Shown: positions 8,704 through 17,390 of the stretch, one piece after another
Layout of the letters: every line of letters starts with the position of its first letter
Position numbering within the stretch: position 1 is the stretch's first letter
Assembly (NCBI GenBank): GCA_964648845.1
Contig: CAZYNO010000001.1
Location: forward strand, 1-33,943
DNA from: an uncultured Bacteroides sp.
GTDB lineage: Bacteria > Bacteroidota > Bacteroidia > Bacteroidales > Muribaculaceae
DNA: 33,943 bases
Direction of reading: 5' to 3'
Notes under the pieces: model-generated
What the model was told of the DNA's origin: nothing
What the model saw: only the letters and a program-made list of their open reading frames with translations
Database searches by the model: none
Program-made: the position numbers and the translations under genes

Positions 8704-9969
8704 TTAAAATCGGGGTTTGCGGGGAGCAGCTTCAACGTGCTCCCATTTGTAAAGTCGGTCGGAAGGACGTATTTTTGCCGGTACGGCAATAGAGAAGGAG
8801 TCGCCTTTTACGGCGCGGGGCACACTTTTGCAGTCAACTTGAATGTCGTCGACGGTGAGAATGAGTGCACCGGTAGTGGGACCGGTGATTACCACCTCGT
8901 CGCCAACATTGAGTTCGCCGGCTTCGAGCAAGAATTCGCCCACGCCGAGACGCGAATAGTATTTCACGCCTTTTGCAACGTATTGTTTGACGCGTGTTGC
9001 CGACGAGCCGTATTTGCTTGACCATTCGCCGAGGCGTTGGCCCAGATAGTATCCGTCCCAAAAGCCGCGGTTGAAGATTTTGGCGAGGCGCTCGTCCCAG
9101 GCTGCTATTTTTTCGTCGTTGTATGTGCCGTTGCACACAGCCTCAATGGCTTCGGAATAGCATTCTACGGCAACTTTCACATACTCGGGGCCGCGAGCAC
9201 GGCCTTCGATTTTGAGCACGGTCACGCCGGCATCCATCAGTTTGTTGAGGAAGTGGATTGTTTTGAGGTCTTTGGGCGACATCAGATATTTGTCTTCAAC
9301 GTCGATTTGGTCGCCGGTGTCGCGGTCGGTGAGGGTGTAGCTGCGGCGGCATATTTGGGTGCATGCGCCGCGGTTGGCACTTGAGTTCATTTCGTGAAGT
9401 GACAGATAGCATTTGCCCGAGGTTGCCATGCAGAGCGCACCGTGGCAGAACATTTCGATGCGCACGAGCTCGCCGTGGGGACCGCGCAGGTCGTTGTCGA
9501 TGATGGCTTGGTGTATGGCAGTCACTTGGTCGAGGTTAAGCTCGCGGGCGAGCACCACCACATCGGCCCATTGGGCATAGAAACGCAACGTCTCGTAGTT
9601 GGTGACATTGGCTTGTGTTGAGATGTGCACCTCAACGCCCACCGAGCGAGCGTAGAGAATTATGGCAATGTCGGCGGCAATGATAGCGCTGACTCCGGCT
9701 TCTTTTACGGCGTCGACTGTTGCGCGTGCGGCTTCAAGGTCGTTGTCGAAGAGCACAATGTTGAGTGTGAGATACGATTTCACACCGGCATCGTTGCAGG
9801 TTTTGGCAATTTGACGGAGGTCGTCGAGGGTGAAGTTGACGCTCGAGCGAGAGCGCATATTCAAGCCACCGATGCCGAAGTAAACGGCGTCGGCACCGGC
9901 ATTTATTGCGGCGTGCAGCGACTCGAACGAGCCAACCGGAGCCATAATTTCAAATTGTTTGCGGTTCAT
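8704..9969 (-). CDS. Peptidase U32 family Fe-S protein (TrhP/RlhA-like RNA hydroxylation protein)
   Basis: EIMAPVGS, AGADAVYFG, HISTQAN, VVLAREL, C-X6-C-X15-C-X3-C (CMATSGKCYLSLHEMNSSANRGACTQIC), KIEGR. Confidence 0.9.
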   Translation of the reverse strand: MNRKQFEIMAPVGSFESLHAAINAGADAVYFGIGGLNMRSRSSVNFTLDDLRQIAKTCNDAGVKSYLTLNIVLFDNDLEAARATVDAVKEAGVSAIIAADIAIILYARSVGVEVHISTQANVTNYETLRFYAQWADVVVLARELNLDQVTAIHQAIIDNDLRGPHGELVRIEMFCHGALCMATSGKCYLSLHEMNSSANRGACTQICRRSYTLTDRDTGDQIDVEDKYLMSPKDLKTIHFLNKLMDAGVTVLKIEGRARGPEYVKVAVECYSEAIEAVCNGTYNDEKIAAWDERLAKIFNRGFWDGYYLGQRLGEWSSKYGSSATRVKQYVAKGVKYYSRLGVGEFLLEAGELNVGDEVVITGPTTGALILTVDDIQVDCKSVPRAVKGDSFSIAVPAKIRPSDRLYKWEHVEAAPRKPRF

Positions 9970-10072
9970 AAGTGAGTGTGCTTAACTGTCTATAAACAAG
10001 TCATGGCCAACAATCAAGAGGATTGTCGGCCTGTATATGGCCTGTGTCACTGAGGTTTTTTGACGTGACGAA

Positions 10073-10462
10073 TTATTCGCCGGCAGGAGCTTCGGTAGCC
10101 GGAGCGGGTTTAGCTGCGGGTTTTTCGCCTTGAGCAGCGGGAGCAGCTTTGTCGGCAGCAGCGTCAGTAGCAAAAGCGTTAGCTTGTTGAGCTGCGGGTT
10201 TGCCGGTGGCTTCAACGCGAACGGCGTCAGATTTGCCTGCTTTGGGGATGGTGTAAGCGGCTCCTACAGAGAAAACAACGATGAGGGCTGCGAGAGTCCA
10301 GGTTGTTTTTTCGAGGAAGCTGTTTGTGCCGCGCACACCTAAAACTTGGTTGCCACCGCCGAATTGAGATGAAAGGCCTCCACCTTTAGATTTTTGGATG
10401 AGGACAATGCCAATCAGCATGATGGCTACGATAACTGTGAGTACAATGAAAACTACGTACAT
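10073..10462 (-). CDS. secG: Preprotein translocase subunit SecG
   Basis: TM1-LIQKSKGGGLSSQFGG-...FLEKTTW-TM2, followed by an Ala/Pro-rich tail. Confidence 0.95.
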   Translation of the reverse strand: MYVVFIVLTVIVAIMLIGIVLIQKSKGGGLSSQFGGGNQVLGVRGTNSFLEKTTWTLAALIVVFSVGAAYTIPKAGKSDAVRVEATGKPAAQQANAFATDAAADKAAPAAQGEKPAAKPAPATEAPAGE

Positions 10463-10505
10463 ATCGGTTTTAGATTATTACTTCTATTGTGAATTGGTAA
10501 TGTGA

Positions 10506-11246
10506 TTAATTCAAATTTTGTTTGCGCCCTTGCTGCAATTGTATCAATTTTTGCAAAAAACGCAATTGGTCTGCAAAGTAAGCACTTTTTTTCGGATAAT
10601 TCAAGTTTAAATCGGAAATTATCTCAAAAGCGCGCTCATATCTGCCTTGTTTGATGTAAATTTTCGCCAAACTCTCGGAAAGCGAGCTTGCCGGGGTGGC
10701 AGCGGGCGGGGCATCGGCGGCGATGGTTTGAGGCGCCGGGGTGTCGTAGGCTGCAGGGGCATCGTCGGGCGATTTCTGCTCTATGGCGGCGAGAATATCG
10801 TCTTCGTGATTTATGTCGTTAGCGGCATCGGCATCGTTGTGGTTGATGAATGCTGCTATCATAGCGTCTTGTTCGTTGACCGGCGCTGCCGGAGCGGCGT
10901 CGCCTTCTTCTTGCTCGAGCACCTGCGAATAGTCGGGTGTGGGGTTGAAAATCAGCCTTTCGAGCAAAGCGTCTTCTTTGGGGTTGCGCGAGCCGTATGT
11001 GTTGAGGAACGTGTCGATGGCGTTGTCGGTGGTGATTTGCTCGGGCTCGGGCTCGGGGGGATAGATGTGTGCCCAGTCGTCACCGGCAAGGTCAACAAAC
11101 TCTACGGCAGCAGCGGCATCGGCAGCGTTGAGTGCGATGTGTTGCTTGAGTGCGGCAATCTCTTCGTCGGTGAGGTTTGCACGCTCGTTTTTGAGTTTAA
11201 GCAGTGCCGGATATACGTAATATGGGGCGTTGTGTGGAGCTTTCAT
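10506..11246 (-). CDS. Conserved Bacteroidetes TPR-like protein (lptE-secG cluster)
   Basis: C-terminal SESLAKIYIKQGRYERAFEII...YPKKSAYFADQLRFL motif; location between lptE and secG. Confidence 0.8.
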   Translation of the reverse strand: MKAPHNAPYYVYPALLKLKNERANLTDEEIAALKQHIALNAADAAAAVEFVDLAGDDWAHIYPPEPEPEQITTDNAIDTFLNTYGSRNPKEDALLERLIFNPTPDYSQVLEQEEGDAAPAAPVNEQDAMIAAFINHNDADAANDINHEDDILAAIEQKSPDDAPAAYDTPAPQTIAADAPPAATPASSLSESLAKIYIKQGRYERAFEIISDLNLNYPKKSAYFADQLRFLQKLIQLQQGRKQNLN

Positions 11247-11271
11247 GTGGTACTATGGTTTGAAAGTGATG

Positions 11272-11784
11272 TTACCAGTTGCCTAACGTTGCGTTAAATA
11301 TGAGGTCTATGAGCTCTGAGGTGATTTCCTGGCAGAGTTGATCTTGCACGTCAATGAGCAGCTCGCTGGCGTCGAAGTCGCGGTAGGCCGAGAAGGTCTG
11401 GTCTACGTCGTTTTTCTCATTTTTGTTGTCGGTATATTTGACGCGCACGGCAATGGTGAGGCGGGTTTTAGAGGCGTATGCGTTTTCGGTGACGGCTTGC
11501 GGAGTGAGGTTGTAGCCGGTGATTTCGCCTTCAATCAAAATGTCTGCATTGCCGTTGTCTACGATTTTCAGGCGTGTGTTGCGTTGCACATAGTTTTGCA
11601 GCTCGGTTTCGAAAGTTTGCTGCAAGGGGGCGTACACGAGAGCGGCGCGTATGGGGAAGTCGCTGATGTGCACGGTTTTGTAGACGGTATAGTCGAGCGC
11701 GGCGCCGTTAAATTTGTAGCTTATGCGGCAGCTTGGCATTGCGAACATTATGCACGCGAAAAGAAGCAGAAGTTTGAGTTTCAT
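11272..11784 (-). CDS. lptE: LPS assembly lipoprotein LptE
   Basis: Lipobox MPSC; SYKFNGA, ADILIEGEITGY, RLTIAVRVKY, C-terminal IFNATLGNW typical of Bacteroidetes LptE. Confidence 0.88.
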   Translation of the reverse strand: MKLKLLLLFACIMFAMPSCRISYKFNGAALDYTVYKTVHISDFPIRAALVYAPLQQTFETELQNYVQRNTRLKIVDNGNADILIEGEITGYNLTPQAVTENAYASKTRLTIAVRVKYTDNKNEKNDVDQTFSAYRDFDASELLIDVQDQLCQEITSELIDLIFNATLGNW

Positions 11785-11816
11785 TTTTGTTGAGGCGATG
11801 ATGAGTGGTTAGGGGG

Positions 11817-13028
11817 TTATTCTAATCCGTATTCGCGAATTTTTCTGTATAGTGTGCGCTCAGAGATGTTTAGCTCTTGCGCAGTGGCTTTGCGGCGGCC
11901 GTCGTTGCGGCGCAGGGCGTCGATGATGTTTTGGCGCTCGGCGTCGTTGACGCTTGTGGCATACGTGGTGTGCAGGGGCGACAGCACGGGCATGTTGCGG
12001 TCGGTGATAGATGTTTCGACCTCAACGGTGGGTGTGATGTCGGGGGTGGCCGGAGTGCCTTCAACGCGCGCAGTGAGTTCGTCGATGCGTGTGCGCAGGT
12101 TGAAGATGAGGTTGAACAGCATTTCGCGTTCGCGCTCGTAGGTGTGGTCGGCGCTTGAGCCCTGGCGTGTGGGGGTGTATGATGCAGCTCCGGCGGGGAT
12201 GTATTCGGCCAGCACGGCGGCAGAAACTTGTGTGCCGGGCTCGAAGAGTGCCACTTGCTCAATGACGTTTTTGAGCTGGCGCACGTTGCCGGGCCAGCGA
12301 TAGCGCAGCAGAGCCGAGCGGGCATCGTCGGAGAATGCTATTTCGGGCATGCGGTAGCGCTCGGCAAAGTCGCCGGCAAATTTGCGCGTAAGCAGCATGA
12401 TGTCGTTGCCGCGGTCTCGCAGCGGGGGCACTACGATTTGCACCGTAGAGAGTCGGTAGTATAGGTCTTCGCGAAAGCGACCCTCGGCAATTGCTTGCGG
12501 CAGGTCGACGTTTGTGGCTGCCACTACGCGTATGTTTGTCTTTTGCACTTGGCTTGAACCTACCTTGAGAAATTCGCCGGTCTCGAGCACACGCAGCAGA
12601 CGTGCTTGTGTGGTCATGGGCAGTTCGGCAACCTCATCGAGGAAGATTGTGCCGCCGTCGGCCTCTTCAAAGTATCCTTTGCGTGAGGCTACGGCGCCGG
12701 TGAACGAGCCTTTTTCGTGGCCGAAAAGCTCGGAGTCGATAGTGCCTTCGGGTATGGCGCCGCAGTTTACGGCAATATATTTGGCGTGTTTGCGCGAGCT
12801 GTAGTTGTGTATGATTTGCGGAAAAAACTCTTTACCGGAGCCACTTTCGCCGGTTACAAGCACCGACAAATCAATAGGGGCGACACGCACGGCACGCTGC
12901 ACGGCGGCGAGCAGAGCGGGCGCATTGCCAACAATGCCGAAGCGTTGTTTGGCTTTGAGCACCTCGGGCGAGGGTTGATTGCCTAAGGGAGCGTCGGGAA
13001 GTGAAGTAAAAGAAGAGTTTAATGCCAT
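11817..13028 (-). CDS. Sigma54-interaction AAA+ ATPase with Fis-type HTH, no receiver domain
   Basis: Walker A GESGSGKE, ELFGHEKGSFTGA, Walker B FLDEV, RFREDLYYRL, WPGNVRQL, C-terminal HTH LNISERTLYRKI. Confidence 0.92.
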   Translation of the reverse strand: MALNSSFTSLPDAPLGNQPSPEVLKAKQRFGIVGNAPALLAAVQRAVRVAPIDLSVLVTGESGSGKEFFPQIIHNYSSRKHAKYIAVNCGAIPEGTIDSELFGHEKGSFTGAVASRKGYFEEADGGTIFLDEVAELPMTTQARLLRVLETGEFLKVGSSQVQKTNIRVVAATNVDLPQAIAEGRFREDLYYRLSTVQIVVPPLRDRGNDIMLLTRKFAGDFAERYRMPEIAFSDDARSALLRYRWPGNVRQLKNVIEQVALFEPGTQVSAAVLAEYIPAGAASYTPTRQGSSADHTYEREREMLFNLIFNLRTRIDELTARVEGTPATPDITPTVEVETSITDRNMPVLSPLHTTYATSVNDAERQNIIDALRRNDGRRKATAQELNISERTLYRKIREYGLE

Positions 13029-13041
13029 TGCAACGTGCAGT

Positions 13042-13896
13042 TTATTTGTACATTTTTTTGAGTTCGTAAGTCTTGGCTTTCAAAAATTCGCCCAACTCCT
13101 CGATAGAGCCGGCGTGAGCGCGTTGCTCTTCGACAGATATAGGCTTGCCCACGCTCACATGTATTGTGGTGTGGCATTTGCGCCACACTTCGCGGGGCAG
13201 CAGCAGGGTGCGCAGTTGCCAGCACACCACGCCAAAAAAGTTGAAAAGCCATGAGTTTGAGCCGTGGAAGTAGATGGGCACCACAGGCACTTTCACTTTG
13301 TCGATGAGGCGCACAACGGTGGGTTGCCATGTGCGGTCTTCGAGTTCGAACTTACTATTTATCTTGCTTACGGCACCGGCGGGGAAGAAGCCCAGGGGTT
13401 TGCCGCTTTTCACTTGGTCGATAGCCTCTTTGATGCCGCGCATTGACACGGCCTTTTTTGCGGGGTCGGTGCTTTGCAGGGCGTCAACAGCGATGAAGTT
13501 GGGACGCATAGCTGTGATTTTGCCCAGTATCATGTTGACCATGACTTTATACTCGGGGCGACGCGAGGCTATGATGTCGATGAGCGAGATGCCGTCGAGG
13601 GCGCCGAAGGGGTGGTTGCTGACTGTGATGAAAGCACCTTCGGGCAGATTGTTGAGCACGTCTTCGCCGTCGATGCGCAGGTCGATATCGAAATCGGTGA
13701 GCAGCGAGCGCACGAAAGGAGCGCCGGGAGTGTCGAAATATTTGTCGTGAACAGCATTCACGCGGTCAACGTACAGCCAATGCAGCAGTTTGTTAATCAA
13801 TTTTTCGCGCCCTTTGAGCTTGGGCACCATTTGGATAACGTCGTCAGCATCGAGAACAGTACGCTTAACAGTATTATTATTTATAGAATCAGACAT
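13042..13896 (-). CDS. Lysophospholipid acyltransferase (LPLAT / putative-hemolysin-like) family protein
   Basis: VSNHPFGALDG catalytic H..D motif, FFPAGAV, VPVVPIY. Start moved to ATG 13896 because ATG 13917 sits only 2 nt from the -7 box, upstream of the expected transcription start. Confidence 0.85.
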   Translation of the reverse strand: MSDSINNNTVKRTVLDADDVIQMVPKLKGREKLINKLLHWLYVDRVNAVHDKYFDTPGAPFVRSLLTDFDIDLRIDGEDVLNNLPEGAFITVSNHPFGALDGISLIDIIASRRPEYKVMVNMILGKITAMRPNFIAVDALQSTDPAKKAVSMRGIKEAIDQVKSGKPLGFFPAGAVSKINSKFELEDRTWQPTVVRLIDKVKVPVVPIYFHGSNSWLFNFFGVVCWQLRTLLLPREVWRKCHTTIHVSVGKPISVEEQRAHAGSIEELGEFLKAKTYELKKMYK

Positions 13897-13918
13897 TGCA
13901 TTATTTATGGTTATCATG

Positions 13919-13950
13919 CAAAGATACTGATTTTTCGCAATCTAATCAAA
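13919..13950 (-). promoter_or_regulatory. Bacteroidetes sigma-A promoter for the acyltransferase-bEBP-lptE-secG operon
   Basis: Minus strand TTTG (13947-13950), 20 nt spacer, TATCTTTG (13919-13926). Confidence 0.8.
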
Positions 13951-14014
13951 ATTAGGGTGTAAAAAGCGCCGATAAGCCCAAAAAATCAAATAAATCATAA
14001 AAAGTAGGCTAAAA

Positions 14015-14046
14015 CTTGTGGGGGCAGCAAAATTGTCGTACCTTTG
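14015..14046 (+). promoter_or_regulatory. Bacteroidetes sigma-A promoter for the SRP RNA
   Basis: CTTG (14015-14018), 20 nt spacer, TACCTTTG (14039-14046), ending 5 nt before the RNA 5' stem. Confidence 0.75.
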
Positions 14047-14051
14047 CAGCC

Positions 14052-14148
14052 GGGTAAGTCCTACACGACCAGCTCCCCTCGAACTCCCCCAGGTCTTGAC
14101 CGAAGCAAGGGTAGAGGGTTGTAGCGGTGCGATGTAGTAAGCTTACCC
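14052..14148 (+). ncRNA. ffs: Small bacterial SRP RNA (4.5S)
   Basis: Long rod: GGGUAAG/CUUACCC, CUACA/UGUAG, ACC/GGU, CCCUC/GAGGG, CCC/GGG, with the conserved CAGG...AGCA symmetric loop. Has its own promoter and a following U-tract. Confidence 0.88.
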
Positions 14149-14183
14149 TTTTTTTATTGTACCTTATAAAAGTTTTACACACC

Positions 14184-15203
14184 GTGACAATACCCTTCGT
14201 ACGCAACTTGATGATAAGCGCTCTGGCGGCAGTCAGTGTGGCTTGCAGCGGCAGCAGTGCCAAGGCCGAGAGCAGCACCGCCGACTCTGACTCTGTGTCG
14301 GTTGAGATGCCAACGTTTGATGCCGACAGCGCATTCGCATACGTTAAAACCCAAACTCAATTCGGACCCCGTGTGCCGCAAACCGCAGCACACAAACTGT
14401 GCGAGCAGTGGATGGTACAAAAGCTCAAAGATTTTGGCGCCGACACCGTCATTGAGCAGCGTGCCACAGTGCGCGACTACTACGGCAAGCCGCTGCCCAT
14501 AAACAATATCCTTGCAAAATTTAACGCCTCGGCAAGCAAGCGCATACTTTTACTTGCTCACTACGACTCGCGCCCATGGGCCGATGAGGATGCCGACGCC
14601 GGTAAGCACACCACCGCAATCGACGGCGCCAACGACGGCGCAAGCGGCGTGGGCGTGTTGCTCGAGCTGGCTCGCATGCTTGGCAACAAATCGGCAGCCA
14701 TAGGCGTTGATATATTGATGGTAGATGCCGAAGATATGGGCGTGTCGGCACCCGACGACGTCTCCGAAGAAGAGCAGGCTGCCACCGAATTGTCGTGGTG
14801 TTTGGGCACGCAATATTTTGTGCAGCATTTGCCCTACAACCCCACAAACGCCCCGCAAGCTGCAATATTGCTCGACATGGTTGGCGGCAAAGGCGCAACA
14901 TTCAAATATGAATATTTTAGCTATCAGTCGGCACAATCGCTTGTCGACAAGATTTGGCAGACAGCCGACGAGGCAGGCTTCGGCTCGCGCTTCGTGCGCA
15001 GCATGGGCGGCGCCGTGACCGACGACCATCTGCATCTGATAGCCGCCGGAATACCCTCGGTCGACATCATCGAGATAGGCCACCCCGCCACAGGCTCATT
15101 CAACCCCACATGGCACACCACAGCCGACACTATCGACAACATAGATGTGGCAACGCTAAAGGCCGTGGGCCAAACAATTGTAAACTATATTTATTCACTT
15201 TGA
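14184..15203 (+). CDS. M28 family lipoprotein, probable glutaminyl cyclase (glutamine cyclotransferase)
   Basis: Lipobox SVAC; LLAHYDSRPWAD, GANDGASGVGVLLE, DAED, SWCLG, LDMVG, DDH, WHT. GTG start inferred (ATG 14211 is an alternative). Confidence 0.82.
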   Translation: MTIPFVRNLMISALAAVSVACSGSSAKAESSTADSDSVSVEMPTFDADSAFAYVKTQTQFGPRVPQTAAHKLCEQWMVQKLKDFGADTVIEQRATVRDYYGKPLPINNILAKFNASASKRILLLAHYDSRPWADEDADAGKHTTAIDGANDGASGVGVLLELARMLGNKSAAIGVDILMVDAEDMGVSAPDDVSEEEQAATELSWCLGTQYFVQHLPYNPTNAPQAAILLDMVGGKGATFKYEYFSYQSAQSLVDKIWQTADEAGFGSRFVRSMGGAVTDDHLHLIAAGIPSVDIIEIGHPATGSFNPTWHTTADTIDNIDVATLKAVGQTIVNYIYSL

Positions 15204-15218
15204 TAAAGGCTAAACATT

Positions 15219-15647
15219 ATGACTATTAGCGAAAAACAACAGGAAATCATCGACGAATTTTCAGACATCGAAGATTGGATGGACCGATATGGCTACATCA
15301 TCGACCTTGGCAACGCTCTGCCTCCCATCGACGAAGAATATAAAACGCCGCAGCACCTCATCGAAGGCTGCCAAAGCCGCGTGTGGCTCAATGCCGAGCT
15401 CTCTGAGCGTGGCACTGTGTTGTTTACCGCCGACTCTGACGCTATCATCGTGAAAGGTATCATTTCGCTGCTCATTGACGTGCTCAACGACCACACCCCG
15501 CGCGAAATTCTTGACGCCGACCTGCACTTCATCGACAAAATCGGCCTCAGCGAGCACTTGTCGCCCACACGTTCAAACGGCCTTCTCGCCATGGTTAAGC
15601 AGATGAAACTATACGCTATGGCTTTTGACGCACAGCAAAAAAAATAA
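15219..15647 (+). CDS. sufE: SufE family Fe-S assembly sulfur acceptor
   Basis: DWMDRYGYIIDLG, IEGCQSRVW (active Cys), ADSDAIIVKG, LSPTRSNGL. Confidence 0.95.
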   Translation: MTISEKQQEIIDEFSDIEDWMDRYGYIIDLGNALPPIDEEYKTPQHLIEGCQSRVWLNAELSERGTVLFTADSDAIIVKGIISLLIDVLNDHTPREILDADLHFIDKIGLSEHLSPTRSNGLLAMVKQMKLYAMAFDAQQKK

Positions 15648-15752
15648 GCAAAAATCCGCGTTATTAAATTATTATTTAGTAACTTAGCGGAGTTGATAAA
15701 CTTGTTTAATCGTAAACTAATATTCAAAACCATAAAATCACACCCTAACTGT

Positions 15753-17285
15753 ATGTTTAAAAACCATCCCAAGGGGTTAATCCCCGCCGCCCTAAGCAAC
15801 ATGGGCGAACGTTTCGGATACTACATCATGAACGCAGTGTTGGTGCTCTTCCTTTGCTCTAAGTTCGGCTTGGCGGAAGAGACAAGCACAATTGTTTATT
15901 CATGTTTCTATTGCGGTATCTACGTGCTTTCACTTGTTGGCGGTCTTATTGCCGACAAAACACAAAACTACAAGGGCACCATCATCACCGGTTTGATTAT
16001 CATGACCGCCGGCTATGTTTTGCTCGCTATTCCTATCCTCGCCACTTCCGACAACACCGCTTGGCTGCTGACATTCACATGCTTTGCGCTCTTCCTCATA
16101 GCCTTTGGTAACGGCTTGTTCAAGGGCAACTTGCAGGCTATAGTAGGTCAGCTCTACGACAACCCCAAATATAGCTCGCAACGCGACGCCGGTTTCCAAA
16201 TTTTCTACGTGTTTATCAACGTGGGCGGTCTCATCGCTCCGTTTGTAGCTCCGGCTCTGCGCAGCTGGTGGCTTGGTGTGCACGACATGGCATACAACGC
16301 AGCTCTCCCGGCTCTCTGCCACCAATATATTGACGCTGCCGGTGCCGTGACTCCCGATGTGCTTGCCAACCTCAAAGACCTTGCCGTTGCTGCAGGTTGC
16401 ACCGCTGCCGACAATGCTGCTGCATTGAACGCTTTCTGCTCGGAATATCTCGACGTATTCAACACCGGTATCCACTACTCGTTTATCGCTTCGGTGGCAG
16501 CCATGCTCATATCTCTCACCATCTTCCTGATCACCAAAAAGCAACTTCCCACTCCCGCTAAGAAAGAAGAAGTGGCAGCCGTTAAATATACCGCTGAAGA
16601 AAAAGCTGCTATGGCTAAGGAGATACGTCAACGCATGTACGCACTCTTTGCAGTGCTCGGCATTGCAGTGTTCTTCTGGTTCTCATTCCACCAAAACGGC
16701 ACATCAATGTCGGTATTTGCTCGCGACTTTGTCAACTCGTCGTCAATAGCTCCCGAGGTGTGGCAGGCCGTAAATCCGTTCTTCGTGATCGTTCTCACCC
16801 CGCTTATTGTGGTGCTTTTCAACTTCCTTTCACGTCGCGGCAAAGAGGTGTCTACGCCCAAAAAGATTGCTATCGGTATGGGTATTGCCGGCATAGCTTA
16901 TCTGTTTATGACCGTGCTGTCGTTGTGGGCCGGCTTCCCCTCAGGCACAGAGTTCCGCTCAATGTCGGTGGCCGCTAAAGAAAGCATGATGGTTGGTCCG
17001 TGGGTATTGATACTCTACTACTTCTTTATGACCGTGGCCGAGTTGTTTATCTCGCCGCTCGGCTTGTCGTTTGTGTCGAAAGTAGCGCCCAAACACTTGC
17101 AAGGTCTTTGTCAAGGTCTCTGGCTCGGTGCCACAGCCGTAGGTAATGCCGTGCTCTGGATTGGCACACTTCTCTACAACGCATATCCCATCTGGGTGGC
17201 ATGGGCGGTGTTCCTCGCCGTGTGCGTCATCTCTATGGGCACAATGTTCGCAATGGTAAAATGGCTTGAGCGCGTCACCAAATAG
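15753..17285 (+). CDS. POT/PTR family di/tripeptide:H+ symporter
   Basis: HPKGL, ERFGYY motif, GNGLFKGN, FYVFINVG, AELFISPLGLSFVSKVAP; many TM helices. Start at MFKNHP. Confidence 0.93.
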   Translation: MFKNHPKGLIPAALSNMGERFGYYIMNAVLVLFLCSKFGLAEETSTIVYSCFYCGIYVLSLVGGLIADKTQNYKGTIITGLIIMTAGYVLLAIPILATSDNTAWLLTFTCFALFLIAFGNGLFKGNLQAIVGQLYDNPKYSSQRDAGFQIFYVFINVGGLIAPFVAPALRSWWLGVHDMAYNAALPALCHQYIDAAGAVTPDVLANLKDLAVAAGCTAADNAAALNAFCSEYLDVFNTGIHYSFIASVAAMLISLTIFLITKKQLPTPAKKEEVAAVKYTAEEKAAMAKEIRQRMYALFAVLGIAVFFWFSFHQNGTSMSVFARDFVNSSSIAPEVWQAVNPFFVIVLTPLIVVLFNFLSRRGKEVSTPKKIAIGMGIAGIAYLFMTVLSLWAGFPSGTEFRSMSVAAKESMMVGPWVLILYYFFMTVAELFISPLGLSFVSKVAPKHLQGLCQGLWLGATAVGNAVLWIGTLLYNAYPIWVAWAVFLAVCVISMGTMFAMVKWLERVTK

Positions 17286-17307
17286 CGCCCAATCCATCAA
17301 ATAACTT

Positions 17308-17361
17308 ATCGACTTGTTGCCAAAAGTGGTATAAAAATGCCATTTTTGGCAACAAGTCGAT
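17308..17361. terminator. Long hairpin between the convergent POT and antitoxin genes (probably a bidirectional terminator)
   Basis: Perfect 18-bp arms ATCGACTTGTTGCCAAAA / TTTTGGCAACAAGTCGAT, extendable inward; T-tract follows on the + strand. Confidence 0.8.
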
Positions 17362-17390
17362 TATTTTTTCCACAAAAACAGGAGGGTTAA

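Noticed and set aside
14127-14183. Extended N-terminus of the M28 ORF
   Set aside because: It overlaps the SRP RNA 3' stem and U-tract; the lipoprotein signal starts later.
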